Shown: positions 11,730-20,437 of the stretch, piece after piece
How positions within the stretch are numbered: position 1 is the stretch's first letter
How the letters are laid out: the number at the start of each line of letters is the position of its first letter
Assembly (NCBI GenBank): GCA_964601935.1
Contig: CAZROP010000001.1
Span: 98,428 to 162,427, forward strand
Length of the DNA stretch: 64,000 bases
Source of the DNA: an uncultured Candidatus Saccharibacteria bacterium
GTDB taxonomy: Bacteria > Patescibacteriota > Minisyncoccia > Phycocordibacterales > UBA1006
Reading direction: 5' to 3'
The notes under the pieces: generated by a model
Told to the model about the DNA's origin: nothing
The model's input: only the letters and a program-made list of their open reading frames with translations
Database searches by the model: none
Position numbers and translations under genes: made by a program

Positions 11730-12512
11730 TTAGACAAAGATGAGCATGCCCTGGAGTGATAACCACCAAGTAATAACAAATCCCGCTATTAAACAAGGTC
11801 CGTACGCAATAGGGCGTGATAGACGCTGTGATTTTCCCGAATGATAATCTTTCCACATCAACACACATGCATAACCTAACCCTATCCACGTGGAAAATAA
11901 CAATGTGAACAACGCCCCCTGCCATGTACCGATCACTACTGATAGTCCCAGTAATAATAACGGGTCTCCTAATCCCATTGCGCGCCCACGTGACAGAGCA
12001 ACAATGGTGAACAGTAGTAGCGCAGGAATAGCAAGATATACATATCCCATAACTGTATGCACAATTCCTAATTCAGGTAGCGCTACAAACCGATATATGA
12101 CACCTATACACAATAAAGCAATTAGATAATCCAATGGCAAAAAATGTGACCGAGCATCATAGATTGTTAACACTGCGCATATTGATATAACAATACAGCC
12201 AAACACCAGCGTTACAGGATCAGGCGACACTAACCCTTGTATACCAAACAGCAGCCCCATGACTACCTCAACCCATAGAGCAGTCTTACCTATACGAGAT
12301 TCGCAGGATCGACATCGTCCACGCAACCGCAGATATGACCAAATTGGCACGAGATCACGCACCTCGATCTGTGTACCACATCGGTCACAGCGGGAACGTC
12401 CCTGCAAAGTACGCACCCCCATGCGAGATGTTACGACCAACAGAAAACTCCCCATGATAGATCCTAGTCCGAAGAGAAATACAAATTTTATAATCTCAAA
12501 AATACTATCCAT
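11730..12512 (-). CDS. pilD: Prepilin peptidase (A24 / PilD family)
   Basis: 260 aa polytopic membrane protein with an N-terminal tetra-Cys zinc-binding region (CDRCGTQ...CRSCES), typical of PilD. It lies between pilin genes. Confidence 0.8.
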   Translation of the reverse strand: MDSIFEIIKFVFLFGLGSIMGSFLLVVTSRMGVRTLQGRSRCDRCGTQIEVRDLVPIWSYLRLRGRCRSCESRIGKTALWVEVVMGLLFGIQGLVSPDPVTLVFGCIVISICAVLTIYDARSHFLPLDYLIALLCIGVIYRFVALPELGIVHTVMGYVYLAIPALLLFTIVALSRGRAMGLGDPLLLLGLSVVIGTWQGALFTLLFSTWIGLGYACVLMWKDYHSGKSQRLSRPIAYGPCLIAGFVITWWLSLQGMLIFV

Positions 12513-12514
12513 AT

Positions 12515-13090
12515 TTAGTATGCGGCAGGCGCAACCACATCGTAATAATCTGCGCCAAAGTCACCGTTGTTTACCAGTACTCCACCCCCACAACGTTGCC
12601 ACCCAAATGCAGCCTTTGAATCCGCCCAACTCTGTCCACGTTTTTGTGCACGACTGATAGGAACTGCCATAGCATCAGACATTTTTATGCCCAAGTGAAA
12701 ACTGGTACAACGATTACTGCTCACAGCCCCTGCGGATCCTGAACGGACCAGTGCATAATACGACACGATGTTAGGATCGAATATAAAACCTGGCGGCAAT
12801 AGTGATCCCAGCGTCACACCTCCTGGGCACACACCTCCATTTACTCCCGGCAGACCATTCGACGCATTGATGTCGAGCTTGCCAGCAGGATTGTCTTTTG
12901 GATAACTACGGCACCGTTCACGGTACTGATAGAGTGACTGTTCGATAATACCTATATTTGCTGCGAGTTTTTCATCTTGAGATCGTCGACGAATACTAGC
13001 AATGTTGGGCAACACGACTGCCAAAAGTGCTCCGATTACAGCAGCAACAATCAGTATTTCTATCATAGTAAATCCACGCAAGTATTTCAT
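12515..13090 (-). CDS. Type IV pilin (candidate major pilin, PilA-like)
   Basis: MKYLRGFTMIEILIVAAVIGALLAVVLP is a textbook prepilin leader with G|FTMIE. It is the first gene of the cluster and has a short leader. Confidence 0.7.
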   Translation of the reverse strand: MKYLRGFTMIEILIVAAVIGALLAVVLPNIASIRRRSQDEKLAANIGIIEQSLYQYRERCRSYPKDNPAGKLDINASNGLPGVNGGVCPGGVTLGSLLPPGFIFDPNIVSYYALVRSGSAGAVSSNRCTSFHLGIKMSDAMAVPISRAQKRGQSWADSKAAFGWQRCGGGVLVNNGDFGADYYDVVAPAAY

Positions 13091-13134
13091 ATAGAGACAG
13101 TATACCGCGTTCTAGCCTGTTTGTGTCTGTGGAT

Positions 13135-13165
13135 ACAAGAAAACCCCTCTGTATAAGAAGGGGCT
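13135..13165 (-). terminator. Rho-independent terminator after surface-protein paralog 1
   Basis: Hairpin CCCCTCT-gtataa-GAAGGGG with an A-run on the plus side, which is a T-run on the minus strand. Confidence 0.5.
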
Positions 13166-13186
13166 TTCTTTCTACTGCTTGTCTGA

Positions 13187-15223
13187 TTAATTCAAAGACA
13201 AGGTATAGTAGGTAGTTTCGAATGCGTTTGCAGGATTCAGTGTTTGAGGATTCGCACCCTGAGTCAACGAAGAATCAGCAAATGTTTGAACCTGATTTAC
13301 CTGGACTCGGTACAGATTAGTATTGTGTCCTGCTGTTCCTGTCAGAACGATGTTTAGGATAAATTGACGCTCCGTGCTTGGATCAATACGGAATGCTCCA
13401 TTCTGCACCGGAGTACCTGCTGAAGACAACGTTGCAGAGTACGGAATTGACTTTGTCGCACCCAACACATCTTCGAACGTGAAGGTAACTGCGCTCGTAC
13501 CACTTGCAGTGATGCCGTTCTGAGCAATCTGAGAAATGAATGCAGTCTCGTCAAAGGCGCGAATATTTACTGGAATGGTGATGGTTCGTGTTAGTGTATC
13601 GCCTGAGCCGTTTGAGGTTGAAGTTGTCGAAACTCCACCCATAGCCACCTGAACACCGAGCGAACGCAATGTCTGATCACTACCCGTTGCTGACCCGCTA
13701 CGATTGTACACGGTATCCTCATTAACATTATTCAGCTCTATTACTGATGCTGAAACGTTTGCAGAAGTATAGTCTGCACGGATAGTGTCCCCCTCGTCGA
13801 ATTCGGTAGTAACATTTCCTGTTGCTGACTCGACATCATTCAGGTCAGCGCGAATTTCGAATCGTGTAGTACTATTAGCACCTACAACCTGATTCAATCT
13901 ACTGTACTGACCGAATGTAACAGTTTGTATACTGGATCCGCTTGGTATTGATTCGCTAGCAACATAAGTACCATTGACGTATAGATACAGTGTTTTTACG
14001 AGCGCTTCGACATTCGGAACAACACCTGTAGTACTGTTCGCTGTCAGAGTGATCGGCAAACGCTGAACCTTCATAGAGCTATTCTCTGCACGAACATCGA
14101 ATGCCAGCAGCAACTGACCGTTCGTAGGTGAGGTGCGGGATACCTGGAGTGTTTGTGCTACAGGACTATTAGACGCAGTAGTCACGCGGTAACGCTGATC
14201 CGATGATGTTCCTCCAGCACGCTGGAAGTCGACATTCGATGTATAGGTACTACCTGTTGAATCAGAGCCATAATCACGGTAACGTCCATTTGCAGATGCT
14301 GCGCTGATAAAGTTACCGTCGCCTATAGCAGTAGTTGAATTACCGAGTGATACAGCCCACGAATCATTGTCCGTATCTACACTGTCGATAACATTTTGTG
14401 CAGTTACTGAAACAATAATTTGGCTGCGCTGATCACGACGAACCACACCATTCATTCCGGTAAACCGGTAGGTATAGGTATCATTAGATTCGTCAGAATA
14501 CGCGCTTGCAGACTTGCTTCCGATCTTTACACCATCTAACCAGATAGATACCTCTGAAATGTATCGGGTAATTCTTTTGTTAGATAGGTTACTAGAATTA
14601 TAAAATGATACATTGATTCCATCTATACGCTGATCTCCATCACGGGCGGTCACCTCTACACCGAGTACACGTATATCGGTGTCACCTGCTGACACACGAG
14701 TGTTATTGTAAGAGCCCAATCGATTGAGAGCGACCAGAGTTCCCTCTGCACCAGAATTATAGTTGTAATAATTATTTGTGTTGTTCGTAGAAAACAGTGG
14801 CAGTGTACAGTTACTTGCCAATGTCATACCGTTGGGGCACAAAGACTGATTAGAATTTGAGTTATAGTACTGAGTAGTATATGAGCTATTACTATTATGA
14901 GTATAGTTGCCTGTGAATGGAGTAGTATCCTCGTCAAGACAATCATTCAACGCCTCTGCAGTAAGACGACCAACGTATCCAACAGGTGAAATGCCGTTCT
15001 CTCGCTGAAAACGACGTACTGCTGATGCGGTACGGCTACCCCAGCGCCCATCTACAACAAGGAATACATCAGTACACTGGTTCAGTGCGCTTTGCACCTC
15101 GGCAATACGGCTGCGGAATGACCCAGCACGCACTGTTGGTATGATCTCGGCAAAAACTGTTCCTGTAGACAGAAAGAGTCCTAGAAATGCTGCTAATACA
15201 AGTTTATTCGTAATTGATTTCAT
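13187..15223 (-). CDS. Secreted cell-surface protein, paralog 1: signal peptide, PG_binding_1-like domain, Cys-loop motif, large C-terminal domain
   Basis: 678 aa. Signal peptide MKSITNKLVLAAFLGLFLSTGTVFA. The DGRWGSRTASAVRRFQRENGISPVGYVGRLTAEALNDC segment fits the peptidoglycan-binding domain pattern. It has one LCPNGMTLASNCTLP motif and the conserved C-terminal end ...NAFETTYYTLSLN shared with paralogs 2 and 3. Confidence 0.8.
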   Translation of the reverse strand: MKSITNKLVLAAFLGLFLSTGTVFAEIIPTVRAGSFRSRIAEVQSALNQCTDVFLVVDGRWGSRTASAVRRFQRENGISPVGYVGRLTAEALNDCLDEDTTPFTGNYTHNSNSSYTTQYYNSNSNQSLCPNGMTLASNCTLPLFSTNNTNNYYNYNSGAEGTLVALNRLGSYNNTRVSAGDTDIRVLGVEVTARDGDQRIDGINVSFYNSSNLSNKRITRYISEVSIWLDGVKIGSKSASAYSDESNDTYTYRFTGMNGVVRRDQRSQIIVSVTAQNVIDSVDTDNDSWAVSLGNSTTAIGDGNFISAASANGRYRDYGSDSTGSTYTSNVDFQRAGGTSSDQRYRVTTASNSPVAQTLQVSRTSPTNGQLLLAFDVRAENSSMKVQRLPITLTANSTTGVVPNVEALVKTLYLYVNGTYVASESIPSGSSIQTVTFGQYSRLNQVVGANSTTRFEIRADLNDVESATGNVTTEFDEGDTIRADYTSANVSASVIELNNVNEDTVYNRSGSATGSDQTLRSLGVQVAMGGVSTTSTSNGSGDTLTRTITIPVNIRAFDETAFISQIAQNGITASGTSAVTFTFEDVLGATKSIPYSATLSSAGTPVQNGAFRIDPSTERQFILNIVLTGTAGHNTNLYRVQVNQVQTFADSSLTQGANPQTLNPANAFETTYYTLSLN

Positions 15224-15514
15224 AGATAAGTAATTAGTGTTAACTCCAGACTAGTAGTTGTCTCGAGGTTGTGGCACACAAGAGAGAGTTTATCACGTTT
15301 GGTGATCAGCCTGCACTCTGCAATGCCTTACCCCAAAGAAGACGTATTTACTAGGGATAAACGACGGTTATCTGTGGATAATCGGGTTGATAAGGGCTAT
15401 ACAATACCTTTTTAGACCTAACTACCCGTTTCAGACCATCTGGTTGTGTATAATACACCATTATACTAGATATGTCAATTTGTGCGCGGCCCACCAACAG
15501 AAGCATAGTTTCCG

Positions 15515-15547
15515 TCCAAACAAAAACCCCGCCGAAGCGGGGTTTTG
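15515..15547 (-). terminator. Rho-independent terminator after paralog 2 (near-identical to the one after paralog 3)
   Basis: ACAAAAA-CCCCGCCGAAGCGGGG-TTTT: a GC hairpin flanked by an A-run and a T-run, so it could act in both directions. Confidence 0.7.
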
Positions 15548-15589
15548 AGATTATCTCCAGAGAACTAGAGAGTCTTATCTGGCTCAAGA

Positions 15590-17662
15590 CTAATTGAGAT
15601 TCAGAGTATAGTATGAAGTTTCAAATGCATTCACTGGAGTCAGATCCTGTAAGGCCTGTCCGGTAGTCAATGAACTATTACTATAACTGTTGATCTTGTT
15701 CAGCTGTACACGGTACTGCTTTTGGGAGTTGCCTGTAGTTCCACTAATTACCACTGTCAAGATAAAGTTTTTCGTACTACCGGCGTCTACACGGTATGCG
15801 CTACCCTCTACGGTTGCATTTGATGATGTCCAGGTAGCAGAGTTAGGGATAACCTTTGTAGAACCAACGGCATCCTCGAATGTAAATGCGAGAGCCTCTG
15901 TGCCAGCAGGTGTTAACCCATTATATGCTATCTGAGATAGATATGCGGTTTCATCGAATGCTTTTACAGTTACAGGTACCCTGATAGTACGCGACAGAAC
16001 TTCGCCAGAATTATTCGCGGTCGCCTCTGTTGTTGCAGCACCCATCGTCACCTGTAAACCAGTCGAACGCAGTGTTTGGTTCTCTCCTGTAGCTGAACCT
16101 GAGCGATTCATCAGAGTATCCTGGTTAACATTGTCCAATTCCACAACAGTGTTAGTGAGATTGGTTGGGGTAAAGCTCGCAGCAATCTTATCTCCGTTGT
16201 CGAAGTCTGTTCCAAGGACACCAGTGTTCTCAGTGTCATTGAGGTCAGCACGAACTTCAAACTTTACAGTTGCGTTTGATGCAATCTTGTAGTTCAACTT
16301 TGATGAGTTACCAAAGATGATTGTCTCTGTAGCAGAGTCAGTTCCATCCTGTGGTACTGATTCATCAGCGATCTTTACACCGTTAGCATAAAGCTTTAAT
16401 GACTTTACGATACCGTTTGTGTAAGGAACGAATCCATCAGATGTTCCGTCAACTGCACCTAGAGTAACAGGGAGTTTCTGGAGAATCATTGCAGCATTTT
16501 CAGCCTTTACATCCATAGCTAACAGCAGTACATCATTAGTATCCGCGGTCTGGGACACTTGTACAGTTTGGGATGCTGGGTTCGACGACGACGTTACCAC
16601 ACGGAATCTTTGATCTGATGATACACCTCCAGCCTTCTGGAAGTCGATAGTAGAAGCCGAGAGATCGCCACCAAAATCACGATAACGTCCATTTGCAGAT
16701 GCAGCTGATAGGTAGTTGGAATTTGTTCCTGCCACTATTGCGCCCGCCTCTACCATCCAAACTTCGTTGTTCGCATCGGCAGAATCCATAGATCCTGCAC
16801 CCGTGACGGCGACTGTTATTTGTGACTTCTGACCAGCTCTGATCAAACCATTCATGCTTGAGAATCGGTATGTGTAGGTGTCTCCAGAATCATCTGAATA
16901 CTGTGAAGCCAGCTTGCGGCCGATTTCTACTCCATCCAACCAGATTGATACATCTGACGCGTACTTGGTAATTCGAGTACTTCCTGTACCAGTATTCTTG
17001 AACGCGATGTTCAATCCATCAATGCGCTGGTCTCCATCTCGAGCTGTTACCTCAACTCCATAGACTTTGATATCTCGCTCACCTTCAGAAACCTTGGTGT
17101 TGTTATATGAACCAAGTTTTGTGATATTGGTAAGACTGCCTTCGGGACCGTTGGTAGTTTGAGTACTATTGTTTGGGGACAATGTGCAGTTACTTGCCAA
17201 TGTCATACCGTTGGGACAGAGCTGTACAGTAGTATTGTTCCCTGGTGACAAGGTACAGTTACTAGCGAGAGTCATACCATTAGGACACAGTGACACTGAC
17301 GTCGAACCAGGCATCAATAGACAATTACTTGCTACTGTTGCTCCGTTAGAACAGAGTGCCGGACTTGGATCTGGCTGATTTGCGTCCCAACAATCGTTGA
17401 GGGCATTGGCGGTGCGCGCACCGATAATTCCATCAGCTACGAGATCATTCTCGTTTTGAAACTTTTTGACTGCTGCAAGAGTCTTTGGACCCCACAGACC
17501 GTCAACTTTCAAATTCATATCCAAACAACTATTTAAAATTGCCTGAACTTCGCCGACTCGTGTTTTGGACGAACTTGCACGCACTGTAGGTATAACTTCT
17601 GCGAAGGCATTGCCGACAACAAGAAATACTCCTAAAAATGTTGCTAATAGTAATTTTTTCAT
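15590..17662 (-). CDS. Secreted cell-surface protein, paralog 2: signal peptide, PG_binding_1-like domain, three CxNGxxxASNC repeats
   Basis: 690 aa. Signal peptide MKKLLLATFLGVFLVVGNAFA. PG-binding-like segment DGLWGPKTLAAVKKFQNENDLVADGIIGARTANALNDC. Three copies of LCPNGMTLASNCTLSP. The C-terminal domain shares a 101 aa block identical to paralog 3. Confidence 0.85.
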   Translation of the reverse strand: MKKLLLATFLGVFLVVGNAFAEVIPTVRASSSKTRVGEVQAILNSCLDMNLKVDGLWGPKTLAAVKKFQNENDLVADGIIGARTANALNDCWDANQPDPSPALCSNGATVASNCLLMPGSTSVSLCPNGMTLASNCTLSPGNNTTVQLCPNGMTLASNCTLSPNNSTQTTNGPEGSLTNITKLGSYNNTKVSEGERDIKVYGVEVTARDGDQRIDGLNIAFKNTGTGSTRITKYASDVSIWLDGVEIGRKLASQYSDDSGDTYTYRFSSMNGLIRAGQKSQITVAVTGAGSMDSADANNEVWMVEAGAIVAGTNSNYLSAASANGRYRDFGGDLSASTIDFQKAGGVSSDQRFRVVTSSSNPASQTVQVSQTADTNDVLLLAMDVKAENAAMILQKLPVTLGAVDGTSDGFVPYTNGIVKSLKLYANGVKIADESVPQDGTDSATETIIFGNSSKLNYKIASNATVKFEVRADLNDTENTGVLGTDFDNGDKIAASFTPTNLTNTVVELDNVNQDTLMNRSGSATGENQTLRSTGLQVTMGAATTEATANNSGEVLSRTIRVPVTVKAFDETAYLSQIAYNGLTPAGTEALAFTFEDAVGSTKVIPNSATWTSSNATVEGSAYRVDAGSTKNFILTVVISGTTGNSQKQYRVQLNKINSYSNSSLTTGQALQDLTPVNAFETSYYTLNLN
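16169..16480. repeat. 312 bp block essentially identical to 19049-19360 (one mismatch; 302 bp perfectly identical from 16179)
   Basis: Direct comparison in the sequence. The two copies are offset by exactly 2880 bp and fall inside paralogs 2 and 3, whose flanking sequence is only about 70-75% identical. Confidence 0.9.
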
Positions 17663-17910
17663 AGTGATAAGTTATTACTTATTTCTGGTAGTCCCAGGCC
17701 AAACAAAAAATATATGGCCTGAATTGGCACGAGTGAGGTGACCGACGAGACCTGATCACTGGCGCCTATACTAATATAGACGCTTCTTGTAGGTCGCTGT
17801 GACGGTTTATACAACAGAAGTTATGTAGTGTAACATATAAAGAGAAAGTCAATGGGCGGATTCGCTTTATAGTATTGGCGTTCGAGCCCCTCTCCTTTTA
17901 GGAGAGTATA

Positions 17911-18241
17911 TTAGGTAGAATACTGATCTCCATCGATGAACATCGTATTCTCACCGAACAAAACCATCGAGGCAGTAGCGACAATAGCGTCTAGCTTTGA
18001 CTCTGCACCATCTGCGGGTTGTATTTGAATTCCTTGCGACTCTCTCAGCAAATTATAAACCCTTAAAGTTTCTATGGAATCGAGTAGTCGATATTTCTTT
18101 CTTACCTTGGTCATAGAGCTTCAGCGATTCAAGTACTTTTCCATGTTTATCGATCTGTTGTCTTACAACAAAAGCCACATCATTATCATGTGACGATTTA
18201 GTTCGAAATTTATTCCATACGGTTCGGACAATGTTTACCAT
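17911..18241 (-). pseudogene. Two overlapping small ORFs (62 aa and 67 aa) in different frames; possibly a frameshifted single gene of about 120 aa
   Basis: ORFs 18053..18241 and 17911..18114 overlap by 62 nt near a TTTCTTTCTT run. Neither has recognisable homology. Confidence 0.25.
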
Positions 18242-18387
18242 AACAGTATTATACTACCTTGTTCGGGTAATCTCAATAGTCTTTCTAATCCCTGGGCTTT
18301 GCATAGAAAAATATAGTCGCTGTGCTCCTTGTTCTTACAATCCCCAACGCCTGGAGGCTCGAGGATGATAGGAAAGAAAGGGTTAGT

Positions 18388-18420
18388 AACAAAAACCCCG
18401 CCGGAGCGGGGTTTTTTGTT
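18388..18420 (-). terminator. Rho-independent terminator after paralog 3
   Basis: AACAAAAA-CCCCGCCGGAGCGGGG-TTTTTTGTT. The stem differs from the 15527-15542 hairpin by a single loop nucleotide. Confidence 0.7.
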
Positions 18421-18463
18421 GTAACTCGTACGAGTTCAGACTAACCAATTATCAAGGTAACGA

Positions 18464-20437
18464 TTACGCGTTTGTCTTGTTAAGAGTGTAGAATGGAGTC
18501 TCGAATCCGTTAGCAGGAGTCAATGACTGTAGAGCCTGACCTGCGTTCATAGCAGCGTTTGTCCAACCATTAACCTGGTTCAACTGAATACGGAACTGGT
18601 TCTGAACCTGTCCTGTTGCTCCAGTTAGAACTACAGTCAACAAGAAGTTCTTTGTAGAACCAGCGTCGATACGATATGCACTTCCTTCTACTGTAGCATC
18701 AGTTGATGTCCATGTAGCAGAGTTAGTGATAGTTTCTGTAGCTGCGCCAGCGTCTTCAAATGTGAATGCGATAGCGTTTGTTCCAGTTGCTGTTGCTCCG
18801 TTCAGAGCAGCCTGAGATACATACATAGTCTCGTCAAACGCAGTGATTGATACTGGAACCTTGATTGTACGGTTCAGGATTTCACCACTTGTGTTTGATG
18901 TAGCTTCTGTAGTAGTAGTTCCCATAGTGATCTGCATACCAGTTGATCGCAATGTCTGGTTTTCACCAGTTGCTGATCCTGACTTGTTCGCTACAGTATC
19001 CTGGTTGAAGTTATCCAACTCGATAGTAGCGTTAGTCATGTTTGTTGAGGTAAAGCTTGCAGCAATCTTATCTCCGTTGTCGAAGTCTGTTCCAAGGACA
19101 CCAGTGTTCTCAGTGTCATTGAGGTCAGCACGAACTTCAAACTTTACAGTTGCGTTTGATGCAATCTTGTAGTTCAACTTTGATGAGTTACCAAAGATGA
19201 TTGTCTCTGTAGCAGAGTCAGTTCCATCCTGTGGTACTGATTCATCAGCGATCTTTACACCGTTAGCATAAAGCTTTAATGACTTTACGATACCGTTTGT
19301 GTAAGGAACGAATCCATCAGATGTTCCGTCAACTGCACCTAGAGTAACAGGGAGTTTCTGAACGATCATAGCTCCGTTCTCAGCCTTTGCGTCGAGAGCT
19401 AACAACAATACGTCATTAGTGTCTGAAGTCTGAGAGACCTGAATAGTTCGCTCAAGTGGGTTAGTTGATGAAGTGATCACCTTGAACTTCTGGTCAGATG
19501 ACGCACCTCCAGCCTTCTGGAAGTCGATAGTTGATGCAGCCAAAGCTGGACCAAAATCACGGTAACGTCCATTTGCAGATGCTGCAGAGATGTAGTTAGT
19601 AGTGTTAGCAGATACGTTTGTTCCTGCATCTACGGTCCATGTCTCGTTAGTAGCATCAGTAGAATCCAGAGAACCTGTTGCTGTTACAGCAACGATCAAC
19701 TGTGACTTCTGATTCATCTTAACAACACCATTCATTCCAGAGAATCGGAATGTATAGATGTCTCCGGCATCACCAGAGAACTGAGATGCAAGCTTGCGGC
19801 CGATTTCTACACCATCCAACCAGATTGATACCTCAGAAGCGTATTTTGTAAACTTCTTTGATGAAGATCCGTTAGAGTTGTAGAAAGCAACATTGAATCC
19901 GTCGATCTTCTGATCGCCGTCCTTTGCAGTCAATTCTACTCCATACACCTTAACGTCCTTGTCTCCTTCAGATACTTTCGTACTGTTGTAAGAACCAAGA
20001 CGAACAATGTTTGAGAGGTTTCCTTCTGGACCACTTACTGTTGTAGTAGTAGTGGTAGTTGGAGCAACTGTACAGTTACTTGCCAATGTCATGCCATTAG
20101 GGCAGAGGTCAGAGGTAGTAGTTGTAGTTGTGGTAGTAGTAGTTGTACTGTCACCATCTACACAGTCGTTAAGAGCTGCTGCAGTTAGTGGACCAACAAA
20201 TCCTACTTTTGATAGATCGTTATCAGCCTGGAAAGCCTTTACAGCTGCAGTAGTTTTTGCACCCCACAGACCGTCTTCAACCAATCCAGCGTCTGAACAT
20301 TCGTTCAGAGCAGCCTGAACTGCTTCAACACGAGCACGTGATGAGCCTTTCTTTACCGTAGCGGTAATTTCTGCAAAAGCAGATGTTGAAACTCCGAGAG
20401 CCAACAATGCCGCGATTGCCATTACGTTTTTTGACAT
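18464..20437 (-). CDS. Secreted cell-surface protein, paralog 3: signal peptide, PG_binding_1-like domain, poly-Thr linkers, Cys-loop motif
   Basis: 657 aa. Signal peptide MSKNVMAIAALLALGVSTSAFA. PG-binding-like segment DGLWGAKTTAAVKAFQADNDLSKVGFVGPLTAAALNDC. Poly-Thr runs of 11 and 8 residues flank LCPNGMTLASNCTVAP. The C-terminal end ...NGFETPFYTLNKTNA is conserved. Confidence 0.85.
   Translation of the reverse strand: MSKNVMAIAALLALGVSTSAFAEITATVKKGSSRARVEAVQAALNECSDAGLVEDGLWGAKTTAAVKAFQADNDLSKVGFVGPLTAAALNDCVDGDSTTTTTTTTTTTSDLCPNGMTLASNCTVAPTTTTTTTVSGPEGNLSNIVRLGSYNSTKVSEGDKDVKVYGVELTAKDGDQKIDGFNVAFYNSNGSSSKKFTKYASEVSIWLDGVEIGRKLASQFSGDAGDIYTFRFSGMNGVVKMNQKSQLIVAVTATGSLDSTDATNETWTVDAGTNVSANTTNYISAASANGRYRDFGPALAASTIDFQKAGGASSDQKFKVITSSTNPLERTIQVSQTSDTNDVLLLALDAKAENGAMIVQKLPVTLGAVDGTSDGFVPYTNGIVKSLKLYANGVKIADESVPQDGTDSATETIIFGNSSKLNYKIASNATVKFEVRADLNDTENTGVLGTDFDNGDKIAASFTSTNMTNATIELDNFNQDTVANKSGSATGENQTLRSTGMQITMGTTTTEATSNTSGEILNRTIKVPVSITAFDETMYVSQAALNGATATGTNAIAFTFEDAGAATETITNSATWTSTDATVEGSAYRIDAGSTKNFLLTVVLTGATGQVQNQFRIQLNQVNGWTNAAMNAGQALQSLTPANGFETPFYTLNKTNA
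19049..19360. repeat. Second copy of the identical 312 bp block (see 16169-16480)
   Basis: Base-for-base identity with 16179-16480 apart from one position. Confidence 0.9.

Noticed and set aside
11641-11925. 94 aa ORF overlapping the pilD 3' end
   Set aside because: It overlaps pilD out of frame with a Cys-rich, low-complexity translation. It is probably spurious.
15351-15587. 78 aa ORF between surface-protein paralogs 1 and 2
   Set aside because: It spans the intrinsic terminator hairpin at 15527-15542, which argues against it being coding.
17840-17910. tRNA-like GTTCGAGCC / GGATTCGC motifs in the intergenic region
   Set aside because: No cloverleaf could be built. The T-arm-like stems do not pair and no acceptor stem is found.
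16169-19360. Diversity-generating retroelement (template/variable repeat pair) as an explanation for the identical block
   Set aside because: The two copies are perfectly identical rather than differing at adenine positions. No reverse transcriptase gene is present in the window. Gene conversion between paralogs explains it more simply.
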